Positions 41,535 through 51,403 are shown, numbered from the stretch's first letter. The stretch is 64,000 bases of DNA from Burkholderiales bacterium (GCA_036522275.1 DATDGC010000003.1:5214-69213), one strand, 5' to 3'. Notes: generated from the sequence alone by a model not told the origin. Numbers and translations are program-made.

Positions 41535-43322
41535 ATGCAATACCACTGTTTATTGCGATTCTTTTTTTCCATGTCACTGGCCTTGCTCTTCAGCGGCTGC
41601 GCTGCCAATTATCCGCAAATCCCGCAGTCGGAAGGCCATATCAGCGCCACTCTCGCGCCTGAAGCAGGCGGGATTCCGGCTCCTGTCAAAACCACCGCTT
41701 TCATGCCTCCGCCCAAAGCGGCGGAAAAGCCGCAAACCTACAGCGTTGTGGTAAACGAAGTACCGGCAAAAGAATTGCTGTTTGCCCTGGCGCGCGACAC
41801 CAAGCAGAACATAGACATTCACCCCGGCATCCAGGGGTTGGTAACGCTTAACGCGGTGAATGAAACCCTGCCCGCGATTTTGGAGCGCATCGCGCGGCAG
41901 GTGAACATACGCTACAAACTGGAAGGCGATACCCTGGTGGTGACTCCCGATACCCCTTATTTCAAGAGTTATAATGTCGACTACGTCAACCTTGCGCGCA
42001 ACACCACTTCTAACGACAGCGTTTCCGGACAAATCTCCTCTGGTGCCACTGGTGGCACGGGCGGAGGAACACAGTCTGCAGCAGGCGGCGCTAACTATTC
42101 CAGCACTAATGTCACCAGCACCTCCAACAACAATTTCTGGGAAGTGCTCAAAGAGAACCTCCGTAGCATTTTGAATGCTACCCGCGCCCAGTCTCAAAGC
42201 GCTGAAGACAAGGCTGCGCGCGCCGAAGCCTTCCTAGCGGCACGCGAGGAACGCCTGCAGCAGGCGGGAGCGGTAGCGCGCGCCGGGGCCGGTGCCGACA
42301 AACTCTATGCCACCGCTTTCAGCGGCGGCCCAGCGGTAGCTGGCGATGTGAAAGACGATATCGTGCTCAACCCGGTTGCGGGCACGGTAAGCGTGATGGC
42401 GACGGAAAAACAGCATTCGCTGGTGCAACAATACCTCAACGGCGTGACTGAAGCGTCGCAGCGCCAAGTGCTGATCGAGGCCAGTATTGTTGAAGTCACG
42501 CTCAGCGACCAGTATCAGGCGGGGGTGGATTTCAGCAAAATCGGCAATTGGACCATCAACCAAACCCTGACCACTCTGAGTACTGTTGCCCCCCCCATCA
42601 CCACAATAGCCTACAACGTCGGCGGCAGCACCAATATTAACTCCACCATTACGCTGCTTGAGACGTTTGGCAAAACACGCGTATTATCGAGCCCGAAAAT
42701 GATAGCGCTCAACAACCAGACTGCGCTGCTCAAGGTGGTGGAGAATGTTGTTTATTTTTCGGTTACCGCGGTGCCTGCAGTGCTCAGCACCACTACGGCG
42801 GCGGCAGTCCAGCAGCAGACGTTCAACACCACGGCGCAGACTGTGCCGTTGGGTCTTGTAATGAGCGTCACCCCGCAAATCAATGAAAACGGTATGGTAA
42901 CCCTGATCGTGCGCCCGACCATTACCACCGCGCCCACTTCAGTCCAAGACCCCAATCCCGGTCTTATAGTGACGACAAGAACTGCTCTGGGAGCAACCCA
43001 AACTCAGGCCATCCCCAACCTGGTGCCACAGGTCAGGACCCAGGAGATTGAATCGGTGCTGCAAGTAGGCAGTGGACAAATAGTGGTACTGGGGGGCTTG
43101 ATGCAGGATACCGAAACGCGCAAACGCAACTCGATACCTGGCCTGGGAAAGCTTCCGCTGATCGGCGACTTGTTCAGCTTCCGTGATGACAAAGTGACCA
43201 AAAGCGAGTTGATTGTTTTCTTGCGCCCGACGGTGATCACCAATCCGTCGCTGGACAGCAACGAGTTGAAATTCTTCAAGCGCTTTTTACCCCAACCTGA
43301 AACTTCCGGCGCCAATCAATGA
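41535..43322 (+). CDS. mshL: Secretin, lipoprotein type (MshL-like)
   Basis: Lipobox LLFSGC after MQYHCLLRFFFSMSLA. C-terminal secretin domain (VLSSPKMIALNNQTALLKV, IPGLGKLPLIGDLFSFRDDKVTKSELIVFLRPTVI). The track start at 41505 is a GTG; the ATG at 41535 gives a normal signal peptide. Confidence 0.88.
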   Translation: MQYHCLLRFFFSMSLALLFSGCAANYPQIPQSEGHISATLAPEAGGIPAPVKTTAFMPPPKAAEKPQTYSVVVNEVPAKELLFALARDTKQNIDIHPGIQGLVTLNAVNETLPAILERIARQVNIRYKLEGDTLVVTPDTPYFKSYNVDYVNLARNTTSNDSVSGQISSGATGGTGGGTQSAAGGANYSSTNVTSTSNNNFWEVLKENLRSILNATRAQSQSAEDKAARAEAFLAAREERLQQAGAVARAGAGADKLYATAFSGGPAVAGDVKDDIVLNPVAGTVSVMATEKQHSLVQQYLNGVTEASQRQVLIEASIVEVTLSDQYQAGVDFSKIGNWTINQTLTTLSTVAPPITTIAYNVGGSTNINSTITLLETFGKTRVLSSPKMIALNNQTALLKVVENVVYFSVTAVPAVLSTTTAAAVQQQTFNTTAQTVPLGLVMSVTPQINENGMVTLIVRPTITTAPTSVQDPNPGLIVTTRTALGATQTQAIPNLVPQVRTQEIESVLQVGSGQIVVLGGLMQDTETRKRNSIPGLGKLPLIGDLFSFRDDKVTKSELIVFLRPTVITNPSLDSNELKFFKRFLPQPETSGANQ

Positions 43323-44512
43323 GCCTGTTGATGAAAGCCTTGCAAACCGCGGCCCAGAACCGCGAAAGTTCCGGCGAGAAAAGCCACGGGCAAGTTGCGC
43401 CGCCAAGCGCTCCTGCTCTTGCCCTGCAGCCGCTGCAAGCCGAGCCAGAAGCAGCGGCATGGAAAGTTCAGCCTGAAGCCGCACCGAGCCCTGAGTTGGC
43501 TGCAACCGTGATGCGCGCCAGTGAGATTCCAAGCGGCATCGGCATTTACATTCGCGGACATCCGGTGGTGCTGCTCGGCATGGTTGCCGCACTGTTGTTA
43601 ATTGGCGGCGGAATCTATGTTTATCTGGCGATCAGCAAACCAGGTATGTTCGTCACTCCCGCCCAGCCGCCTGCTCCCGCCCCGGTCGCCGCTGCGCCGG
43701 CAAGGCAGGCGAAACCCGAGCCGCAACCGCCAGTGGCGGCCTCTCCTGAAATACAAGGGAAACAGGGAGAGCGGCTGGCGGCAAACGAGCCGCAACCGCT
43801 GGTGGCGAATCTTCCTGAAAAACAAGAGCAACAGGGACAACTAGCCGCGCCATCTCCTACGCAGCAGCGGCTGCAGCAGCGGCCGTCGCGTGCAGCTTCA
43901 CAACAAAACATCAGTATCACTCCCGCCAAGACCACGCCAGTAGTTGAGCCACAGCTTGTGGCCGCTTACCAGGCATTGCAGCAAAACCGCCTTGATGCGG
44001 CGCAGGAGTCATACCAAAAAATACTGCTTACCGAGCCTAACAACACCGAGGCGTTGCTAGGGCTTGCCGCCATCGCCGAACAACAGAAACAACCGGACAA
44101 GGCGGCTCAGTATTATCTGCAGGTCCTCCGCCTGGATCCGAAAAACGCCATCGCCCAAGCCGGGCTGCTCGGAATCGTGGGACACACTGATCTGCAAGCG
44201 AGCGAGGCGCGCCTCAAGCAGTTGCTCGCGCGCGAACCCTCAGCGTTTGTGTATTTCACGTTGGGCAACCTGTATGCCGAGCAGTCACAGTGGCCAGCGG
44301 CGCAAGCTGCGTACTTCCAAGCCTTCCACTTGCAGCCGGACAACGCGGATTACGCCTTCAACCTTGCGGTCGGTCTGGAGCATCTAAATCAACCCAAGCT
44401 TGCCCTGAAGTTTTATCAGCAAGCGCTACAGCTCGCCAAAGACAAGGGTCACGCTAATTTTGAATTAAGCCTGGCGCAAAATCGCATCAGTAAATTGTCT
44501 TCCCTGGAGTAA
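43319..44512 (+). CDS. mshN: Bitopic TPR-repeat protein (MshN-like)
   Basis: 397 aa with N-terminus MSLLMKALQTAAQNR, one TM helix (VVLLGMVAALLLIGGGIYVYL), a Pro/Gln-rich linker and C-terminal TPRs. Its start overlaps the secretin stop (ATGA). Confidence 0.75.
   Translation: MSLLMKALQTAAQNRESSGEKSHGQVAPPSAPALALQPLQAEPEAAAWKVQPEAAPSPELAATVMRASEIPSGIGIYIRGHPVVLLGMVAALLLIGGGIYVYLAISKPGMFVTPAQPPAPAPVAAAPARQAKPEPQPPVAASPEIQGKQGERLAANEPQPLVANLPEKQEQQGQLAAPSPTQQRLQQRPSRAASQQNISITPAKTTPVVEPQLVAAYQALQQNRLDAAQESYQKILLTEPNNTEALLGLAAIAEQQKQPDKAAQYYLQVLRLDPKNAIAQAGLLGIVGHTDLQASEARLKQLLAREPSAFVYFTLGNLYAEQSQWPAAQAAYFQAFHLQPDNADYAFNLAVGLEHLNQPKLALKFYQQALQLAKDKGHANFELSLAQNRISKLSSLE
43718..43855 (+). repeat. 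Tandem 69-bp imperfect duplication in the MshN-like linker
   Basis: Both copies start gagccgcaaccgc, at 43718 and 43787. They encode EPQPPVAASPEIQGKQGERLAAN and EPQPLVANLPEKQEQQGQLAAP. Confidence 0.75.
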
Positions 44513-44514
44513 GC

Positions 44515-46218
44515 GTGGCAGAGCAGCGTAAAAAACTGCGCCTCGGCGAGCTGCTGATTCAGCAAGGCTTGATCACCCTCGACCAGCTGCGCATCGCGCT
44601 GACCCAGCAAAAGCACGAAAAAATTCCCATCGGCAGGCAGTTGGTGAAGCTGGGGTTTGTCACCGAAGCGGTGATCCGCGACCTGATGGCGCGCACCATC
44701 GGCCAGGAAAGCATTGATCTCTTGCAAGTAGTTGCGGACGGCGAAGCGCTCAAGCTGATTCCTCAGGATTTCTCCCGGCGCTACCGCATGCTGCCAATTG
44801 CCTACGATGCCGAACGCAAGTCTCTCACGGTAGCAGTGAGCGAAATTTTCAACGTGGTCGCGCTGGACCAGTTGCGCGCCTTCCTCGGCACGCAGATTGA
44901 AATCAAGACCCTGCTTGCCGGCGAGGCTCAGCTTGAAGAAAGCATAGACCGTTTCTACGGCTTCGAGCTTTCGGTGGACGGCATACTGGAGGAAATCGAA
45001 ACTGGAGAAATCGATTATCAGAGCCTGCAAATGGCCGGCGACGAGTACACTCAGCCTATCGTGCGGCTGGTTGGTGCCTTGCTGGTGGACGCGGTAAAAC
45101 GCGGCTCATCGGATATTCACTTTGAGCCGGAATATGCTTTTTTGCGCATTCGCTACCGCGTTGACGGCGTGCTGGAGCAGGTGCGCAGCCTGCACAAGAC
45201 CTACTGGCCGGGAATTGCGGTGCGGCTCAAGGTGATTTCCGGAATGAACATTGCTGAAACCCGCGCACCACAGGACGGGCGCCTGTCACTCAATCTCAAC
45301 GGCCGGCCAATTGACTTCCGCGTTTCCACCCAGCCTACTATTTATGGCGAAAATATCGTGCTGCGCGTGCTCGACCGCGAAAAATCCATCATCAGCCTGG
45401 ACCGCATGAACCTGCAAAAACAAATGGTCGCGACGCTGGAAGCAATGCTGGCACGGCCGGAAGGGATACTGATTCTCACCGGCCCTACCGGCAGCGGCAA
45501 GACCACCATGTTGTATTCACTGCTCTCCAAGCTCAATAACGAAGCGGTGAACATTATGACGCTGGAAGACCCGGTGGAATACCCGGTGACCATGATGCGC
45601 CAGACTTCGGTCAACGAGGCGGCGAAAATAGATTTCGCCAACGGCATCCGTTCCATCATGCGCCAGGACCCGGACATCATCCTGGTCGGCGAAGTGCGCG
45701 ACCGGGAAACCGCGGAAATGGCCTTCCGCGCAGCGATGACCGGCCACCAGGTGTTCACTACCCTGCACACCAACTCGGCGCTGGGGGCATTCCCGCGCCT
45801 CATGGACATCGGCATACCGCCAGACATCATCGCCGGCAACGTCATCGGCGTGATTGCGCAACGCTTAGTGCGACTGCTTTGCCCACGCTGCAAACAGGCT
45901 TATTTTCCGAATCAGGAGGAAATACAACTGCTGCGGCTGCCGCTAGATTCAAAGGTCAAAATCTATAAATCGGTAGGCTGCGAGCATTGTCAATCCAAAG
46001 GTTATAAAGGACGCCTGGCACTCCTGGAAATTTTGCAAATGGACGGCGATCTGAATGAACTGGTGTCGCGCCGCGCTACCGCTAGAGAACTCAAGACCGC
46101 AGCGCTGCAAAAAAGTTTCCGCACGCTTGCTGAAGACGGCATTCAGCGCGTGCTAGAAGGCTTGACCAGTATTACCGAGGTGTCGAACTCGGTGGATCTC
46201 ATCGGACGTATGACTTAA
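44515..46218 (+). CDS. mshE: Type IV pilus/T2SS assembly ATPase with MshEN N-terminal domain (MshE-like)
   Basis: 567 aa. The N-terminus KLRLGELLIQQGLITLDQLRIALTQQ is closely similar to Vibrio MshE. Also has Walker A GPTGSGKTT, Asp/His boxes and a tetracysteine motif (CPRC...CEHC). GTG start with GGAG upstream. Confidence 0.9.
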   Translation: MAEQRKKLRLGELLIQQGLITLDQLRIALTQQKHEKIPIGRQLVKLGFVTEAVIRDLMARTIGQESIDLLQVVADGEALKLIPQDFSRRYRMLPIAYDAERKSLTVAVSEIFNVVALDQLRAFLGTQIEIKTLLAGEAQLEESIDRFYGFELSVDGILEEIETGEIDYQSLQMAGDEYTQPIVRLVGALLVDAVKRGSSDIHFEPEYAFLRIRYRVDGVLEQVRSLHKTYWPGIAVRLKVISGMNIAETRAPQDGRLSLNLNGRPIDFRVSTQPTIYGENIVLRVLDREKSIISLDRMNLQKQMVATLEAMLARPEGILILTGPTGSGKTTMLYSLLSKLNNEAVNIMTLEDPVEYPVTMMRQTSVNEAAKIDFANGIRSIMRQDPDIILVGEVRDRETAEMAFRAAMTGHQVFTTLHTNSALGAFPRLMDIGIPPDIIAGNVIGVIAQRLVRLLCPRCKQAYFPNQEEIQLLRLPLDSKVKIYKSVGCEHCQSKGYKGRLALLEILQMDGDLNELVSRRATARELKTAALQKSFRTLAEDGIQRVLEGLTSITEVSNSVDLIGRMT

Positions 46219-46254
46219 CAGCCGTCGGGGCCAAGGCAGAGCGGCAAACCAATC

Positions 46255-47460
46255 ATGTCCACGTTCCAGTACAAAGCGGTAGACAAAGAGGGCAGACCGG
46301 CACGCGGCGATCTCAACGCGATCAACGAAGTCGATCTCGAGTTGCGGCTAAAGCACATGGGGCTTGACCTCATTACCTTCCGCCAGATCAACAAAAGCGC
46401 ATCCGCGTTGGCGCGCGGCAACATCACGCGCCGCGACCTCATCACCTTCTGCCTCGACATGGAGCAGATCTCGCGCTCCGGCATCCCACTTATGGATGGT
46501 CTGCGCGATCTGCGCGATAGCATCGAGAATCCGCGCTTCAAGGAGGTCATCACTTCGTTGCTCGAGGACATGGAAGGCGGTAAACTGCTGTCACAGGCGC
46601 TGGCGATGCACTCTGCGGTATTCAGTCATGTGTTCGTGAGCCTGGTGAAAGCGGGGGAGCAGGCAGGCAAGCTCACCGAAGTTTTCGAAAACCTTGCGAC
46701 GACGCTGAAATGGCAGGATGAACTAGTCGGCCAGACGCAGCGCTTGATGCTCTATCCCATCCTAGTGCTGTTCATCATCATAGGGGTGGTGGTCGTGCTG
46801 TTGGTGGTGCTGGTGCCGCAAGTGGTTTCGCTGTTGAAAAGCATGAACCTGGCATTGCCGCTGCAAACCCGTGTGCTGATCTTCCTGTCCGAAACGATCG
46901 TTTACTACTGGCCGTTGCTGCTTGGCGTGCCGGTTGTGGTGGGCATTACCTTTAGCATGGCGGTGCGGCAAAGCCAGAAAGCCCGCTATTTGTGGGACTA
47001 TTTGAAGTTGCACTTTCCTATCACCGGTGAGATTCTGCAAAAAATCATCTTGGCGCGCTTTGCCAACTTCTTCGCACTGATGTACCAATCCGGCATTACC
47101 ATACTGGATGCCATCAAGACCAGCGAGGAAATCGTCGTCAACCGCGTGATTGTCAACGGCCTGCAGCGCGCCGGGCAGCAAATCGCCTCGGGCGAAAGCC
47201 TTACCGAAGCGTTCCGCAGCCTGGGTGTGTTCCCGCCGCTGGTGCTGCGCATGCTGCGCGTCGGTGAGACCACCGGTGCGCTGGATACCGCCTTGTTCAA
47301 TATCAGCTATTTTTACAACCGCGACGTCAAGGAAGCCGTGGATAAAGGGCTAAAACTGCTGGGGCCGCTTACCACCGTCATCCTGGCATCGATTTTGTTA
47401 TCCATCATGATGGCGACGTTGCTTCCGGTGTACGATATCCTGGGTAAACTTAAATATTAA
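46255..47460 (+). CDS. mshG: GspF/PilC-family inner-membrane platform protein (MshG-like)
   Basis: 401 aa beginning MSTFQYKAVDKEGRPARGDLNA, with two GspF repeats and 3 TM. Confidence 0.88.
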   Translation: MSTFQYKAVDKEGRPARGDLNAINEVDLELRLKHMGLDLITFRQINKSASALARGNITRRDLITFCLDMEQISRSGIPLMDGLRDLRDSIENPRFKEVITSLLEDMEGGKLLSQALAMHSAVFSHVFVSLVKAGEQAGKLTEVFENLATTLKWQDELVGQTQRLMLYPILVLFIIIGVVVVLLVVLVPQVVSLLKSMNLALPLQTRVLIFLSETIVYYWPLLLGVPVVVGITFSMAVRQSQKARYLWDYLKLHFPITGEILQKIILARFANFFALMYQSGITILDAIKTSEEIVVNRVIVNGLQRAGQQIASGESLTEAFRSLGVFPPLVLRMLRVGETTGALDTALFNISYFYNRDVKEAVDKGLKLLGPLTTVILASILLSIMMATLLPVYDILGKLKY

Positions 47461-47468
47461 TCAACCCT

Positions 47469-49007
47469 ATGGCCGACAAACTTTTATTGTGCGTTTGCGC
47501 CACCTCGGCTACCGCCGGCCGCTGGCACGGGGGCAAGCTGGTTGCAGTCCAGGTATTCTCCAACGATCAGAGCGGCTGGTCCGGCTTTAGTGGATTCCTG
47601 CAGGGCAGCCCCGGATTACCAGTGCACATCATGGTGGATGTGGTTGAAGAGGATTACCGTTTTGAAAACCTGCCCCATAGCATGGGCCGTGACCGCAAGG
47701 AAATGGTCTCCCGCAAGCTCAGGCAACTGTACCGCAACAACCCCTATTGCAGAGCCTGGCTGCAAGGGCGGGAGACTGACAAGCGGCGCGATGACCGCTA
47801 TCTGTTTGCAGCGTTTACCAACCCGGATCTGATCGCCGGCTGGCTCAATGTCATCGAAGCACAGCAGGCACCACTGGCAGGAGCCTTCCTGCTGCCGATG
47901 GCCAGCCATAATCTTCTCAAAAAATTCGGCCTTGGCAACACCGGCAGCCTGCTGCTGGTAACGCAAAATAGCGCCGGACTACGCCAGACCTTTTTCCGAG
48001 ACCAGAGACTGCGCATCAGCCGCCTTTCGCAGCTGGAAAATATATATGATGAATCGCGCATCACTGAATATGCCGAGGAAATCGGCAACACCCAGCTCTA
48101 CCTCGCGGCAGTCAAGGTCATGCCCCTGGAAGAGCCGCTGCTCGTCGTCATCCTCGATCAGAGTGAAACACTGACCGGTCTCAGCAGAGAGCTGGTCAAA
48201 CAGCAATCCAACATCCTGTGCCAGCATTTTGGCCGCAGCGAGATCGTGGCCAAGCTGGGGCTGGCGCCGGAGCTGCTGCAAGTGTCTCCCGACGTGGTGT
48301 ATATGCATATGATGGGAGAGCAGCAGCCGAACAACATTGCACCAGCGGAGAAAACCCGCCTTTTCTGGCTATATCAGGCACGCCGCAATATTTACACGGC
48401 CAGTGCGGGAGCGGCTTTGCTGGCCGTTTTGTGGTGCGGAAACAATCTGTATCGGCAATATGACTTCAAGGCGCAAGCATTAGAAACAGTGCAGCAGACC
48501 GAGTGGCAGCAAGCGCAGTATCTGGAAGTCACCAAACAATTTCCTGCGGCGCCGACTTCAGCGGAAAATTTAAGAAACGCCGTTGAAATCGCGGAAAAAA
48601 TCAGGCAGGGGGAGCGCACACCCGAACTTATGCTGAGCATAATCAGCCGTGCGCTGGATGCGAGTCCCAATGTAATGCTGAAAAGTGTGAGCTGGAAATA
48701 CGGCAAAGAGGGAAGAGAAGCAGAAGAACTGGCAAGGCAACCGCAAGGAGCCGGTGCAAACAGGCAAACCGGCCTGATTGAGGCAGAAATCAGACCTTTC
48801 AAAGGCGATTACCGCGCCGCGATGACCAGCATCAATAACTTCGCGGAAAAACTCGGGCAGGATAAGTATGTCGCCTCAGTAAACGTGATACAGCTGCCGC
48901 TTAACATCAACCCGGGAACCAGCTTAAGCGGCAACACTGCCGACAGCCGCGAGCAATCTTCCAGCGCTCCTTTCAAAGTCGCGCTCTCATTGAGGCAAGA
49001 ACCATGA
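47469..49007 (+). CDS. Bitopic inner-membrane protein, possibly a PilM/PilN-type (MshI-like) fusion
   Basis: 512 aa: a cytoplasmic part of about 315 aa, one TM helix (IYTASAGAALLAVLWCG) and a periplasmic part of about 175 aa. The assignment rests on topology and position only; I recognise no diagnostic motif. Confidence 0.4.
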   Translation: MADKLLLCVCATSATAGRWHGGKLVAVQVFSNDQSGWSGFSGFLQGSPGLPVHIMVDVVEEDYRFENLPHSMGRDRKEMVSRKLRQLYRNNPYCRAWLQGRETDKRRDDRYLFAAFTNPDLIAGWLNVIEAQQAPLAGAFLLPMASHNLLKKFGLGNTGSLLLVTQNSAGLRQTFFRDQRLRISRLSQLENIYDESRITEYAEEIGNTQLYLAAVKVMPLEEPLLVVILDQSETLTGLSRELVKQQSNILCQHFGRSEIVAKLGLAPELLQVSPDVVYMHMMGEQQPNNIAPAEKTRLFWLYQARRNIYTASAGAALLAVLWCGNNLYRQYDFKAQALETVQQTEWQQAQYLEVTKQFPAAPTSAENLRNAVEIAEKIRQGERTPELMLSIISRALDASPNVMLKSVSWKYGKEGREAEELARQPQGAGANRQTGLIEAEIRPFKGDYRAAMTSINNFAEKLGQDKYVASVNVIQLPLNINPGTSLSGNTADSREQSSSAPFKVALSLRQEP

Positions 49008-49618
49008 GGTCATCCGAACTGCGCGCGCTGCGCGCGCCGCTCGCCGTGCTGCTCATCGCCTTGCTGACGGGCGGCGCGGTGGTATTTTACTCCAAGTATT
49101 TAGCCGATGCCTCATCTCAGCTACTGGATCAGCAACAAAACCAGTTGCGTGAAGCACGTATCCGTTACCAGAAATCCGGCGATGAAAAGGGAATCATCAC
49201 CCGTTACCTGGATGACTATCAGCGCTTGCAGAAACAAGGTTTCGTCGGCACCGAGCCGCGCATCAACTGGCTCGACGGATTGCGTATCGCGAACCAACAA
49301 GCAGAGCTGTTCGGAGTAGAGTATCAGATCGGCGCACAGCAGCCGTATGCGCTAGCCGCTGAGTACAATCCCGGCAATTTAGCCATACAGCAGTCGCTGA
49401 TGAAGCTCAATTTCCGCCTGCTGCACGAGGGAGACTTGATGCGCTTCTTCAACATCCTCTCTACAAAAGGCGTGGGGCTGTTCCATCTCAACCAGTGTAA
49501 ACTAGAGCGGCTGGACAGCAATGCCACCACCGTCCGCTTTCAGCCCAACTTGCGCGCCGAATGCAATCTTACCTGGATCACCCTGAATCCTGCCGATCCC
49601 ACGAGGAGCAAGCAATGA
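49004..49618 (+). CDS. Bitopic membrane protein, PilO/MshJ-like by topology
   Basis: 204 aa with an N-terminal TM helix (LAVLLIALLTGGAVVFY), a coiled-coil-like QLLDQQQNQLREARIRYQ and a globular C-terminus. Its ATGA overlaps the gene on each side. Confidence 0.4.
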   Translation: MRSSELRALRAPLAVLLIALLTGGAVVFYSKYLADASSQLLDQQQNQLREARIRYQKSGDEKGIITRYLDDYQRLQKQGFVGTEPRINWLDGLRIANQQAELFGVEYQIGAQQPYALAAEYNPGNLAIQQSLMKLNFRLLHEGDLMRFFNILSTKGVGLFHLNQCKLERLDSNATTVRFQPNLRAECNLTWITLNPADPTRSKQ

Positions 49619-50205
49619 GATGGCTGGCATTTATTACATTGATGCTGCCGCTTGTCAGCTCCGCGGCAGAGCCGCTGGGGCGGCTGTTCTTTACCCCGCA
49701 GCAACGCTCCACCCTCGACAACGCCAGAGGGCAGAAGATCAAGATTGAAGTCGAGGTCGAGACCGAAACGCCCACCCCCCCGGAGAACATCAGTGTCAAC
49801 GGCGTTATCAAGCGCAGTGACGGCCAATCCACGGTCTGGATCAATAACCGGCCGCTCAATGAGAAGCGCGCCCCGAGCGGCATAAAAATCATCGGCCGCA
49901 GCGCAGACAATACCAGCGTTACACTGCAGTTGCCGCAATCCAGCCATAACGTGGATTTGAAAGTCGGACAAAACCTGGACGCAGTAACCGGGCAAATCCA
50001 AGAAAGTTATCAGAGATCGCCAATGCCTCCGCTAAACGAGAAAATAACCGCTCCATCAGCGCAAAGCGCACAGCAGAATGCCACCCTTGCACCTACGTCT
50101 AAAAAAACAAAATCCAGAATTTCCGCCACGGAAGCAGACGACGAGGTTGTTTCGGAACCGCCTCCACAGACCGATGAGCAATCCGCAAATCCATCAACAA
50201 AGTAA
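49615..50205 (+). CDS. Secreted protein of unknown function (MshK/PilP-like position)
   Basis: MRWLAFITLMLPLVSSAAEP signal peptide, GRLFFTPQQRSTLD motif and a Ser/Gln/Pro-rich acidic tail. The ATG at 49615 (AGGAG upstream, overlapping the previous stop) is preferred over the track start at 49561. Confidence 0.55.
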   Translation: MRWLAFITLMLPLVSSAAEPLGRLFFTPQQRSTLDNARGQKIKIEVEVETETPTPPENISVNGVIKRSDGQSTVWINNRPLNEKRAPSGIKIIGRSADNTSVTLQLPQSSHNVDLKVGQNLDAVTGQIQESYQRSPMPPLNEKITAPSAQSAQQNATLAPTSKKTKSRISATEADDEVVSEPPPQTDEQSANPSTK

Positions 50206-50254
50206 TCCCTCCAAATTCACTACTGATAAGTCTCTCTTGCCATCGGGCATCTCA

Positions 50255-51403
50255 ATGCGTGGCGGACGGGAAAGCGGTCAGACCTTGTTTGTGCTTCTGG
50301 TATTGATCATTGCAATAGCTATCGGATTCGTATTTGATTATTCAAGGCCGACCGCGCTCGCCATTGAGCATGACAAGCAAACTGCGGCCGCGTTGGCGCT
50401 GGCAAAAACAGCGTTGATCGGCTACGCGGCCAGCGATGCCAATCGCCCCGGCGAACTGCCTTGCCCGGATGTAGATAACGATGGAGCGAGCACGCCGCCC
50501 TTGGATTACGTGGGTAGCAACTGTGGTAATCTTGTTGGGAGATTACCGTGGAAGACATTAGGACTTCCGGATCTGCGCGATGGCAGCGGCGAAAGATTGT
50601 GGTATACGTTGTCAGACAATTTTCATGCAGGCGCCAATCCGCCGCTGACCAGCGATACCATGGGTCAGCTAACTGTCACCGGAGGCGCGCCCGCCACCAA
50701 CGTTGTCGCGATTGTATTTTCCCCGGGGGAAGTGCTCAACACGCAGGTGCGGGACCCGGCGAACCAGAACAACGTCGCGAACTATCTCGAAGGCGAGAAT
50801 GCGAACGGCGACACCATTTTCACGACTGGCGCAGCCAGTGCCACCTTTAACGACCGCCTGCTGGTCATCACCACTGCCGACCTGATGCCGGTGGTTGAAC
50901 AGCGCGTGGCGCGTGAGATAATTTCAATCCTGCAAAGCTACAAGACGGCGACCGCCGCGCTGGGGTATAACGGCGGGGCCGGGGTCTATCCGTGGGCGGA
51001 CATCAGCGACGGTAACAGCAATACCGGGCTAAACCGCGGCCGGTTTCCCTGCAATTCCGCCACTCCCGAAAACTGGGGTCCCCCTATGCCGACATTGCCC
51101 AACTGGCTCACGAACGGTTGTCTGGTAACACCACTCAGCGGCTGGTCGAAGGTGATCTATTACGCCGCCGCGCAAAACCGGCTCGATGCGGGTTGCTCAA
51201 CCTGCACGGCCGCTACGCTCAGTGTGGACGGCGTGGCCGGTACTGACCTCGTGCTTTTGACACCGGGCGCGGCGGGTGCAAGCCCGCGCGGTGCGTGGAC
51301 CACCGCGTATTTCATAGACAGCGAGAACACCAACAATGACGACAACTACGTCACCCCTTCCTCGACCGCTTATGATCGTAACCGCCTATTCAAAATTCCC
51401 TGA
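50255..51403 (+). CDS. GspK/PilX-like atypical minor pilin (hydrophobic N-terminus without G/FTLIE)
   Basis: MRGGRESGQTLFVLLVLIIAIAIGFVF. Shares ALIGYA..GELPCPD...GRLPWKTLGL...DGSGERLWY with the next gene. The ATG at 50255 is preferred because the track start at 50078 overlaps the previous gene by 128 nt. Confidence 0.55.
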   Translation: MRGGRESGQTLFVLLVLIIAIAIGFVFDYSRPTALAIEHDKQTAAALALAKTALIGYAASDANRPGELPCPDVDNDGASTPPLDYVGSNCGNLVGRLPWKTLGLPDLRDGSGERLWYTLSDNFHAGANPPLTSDTMGQLTVTGGAPATNVVAIVFSPGEVLNTQVRDPANQNNVANYLEGENANGDTIFTTGAASATFNDRLLVITTADLMPVVEQRVAREIISILQSYKTATAALGYNGGAGVYPWADISDGNSNTGLNRGRFPCNSATPENWGPPMPTLPNWLTNGCLVTPLSGWSKVIYYAAAQNRLDAGCSTCTAATLSVDGVAGTDLVLLTPGAAGASPRGAWTTAYFIDSENTNNDDNYVTPSSTAYDRNRLFKIP

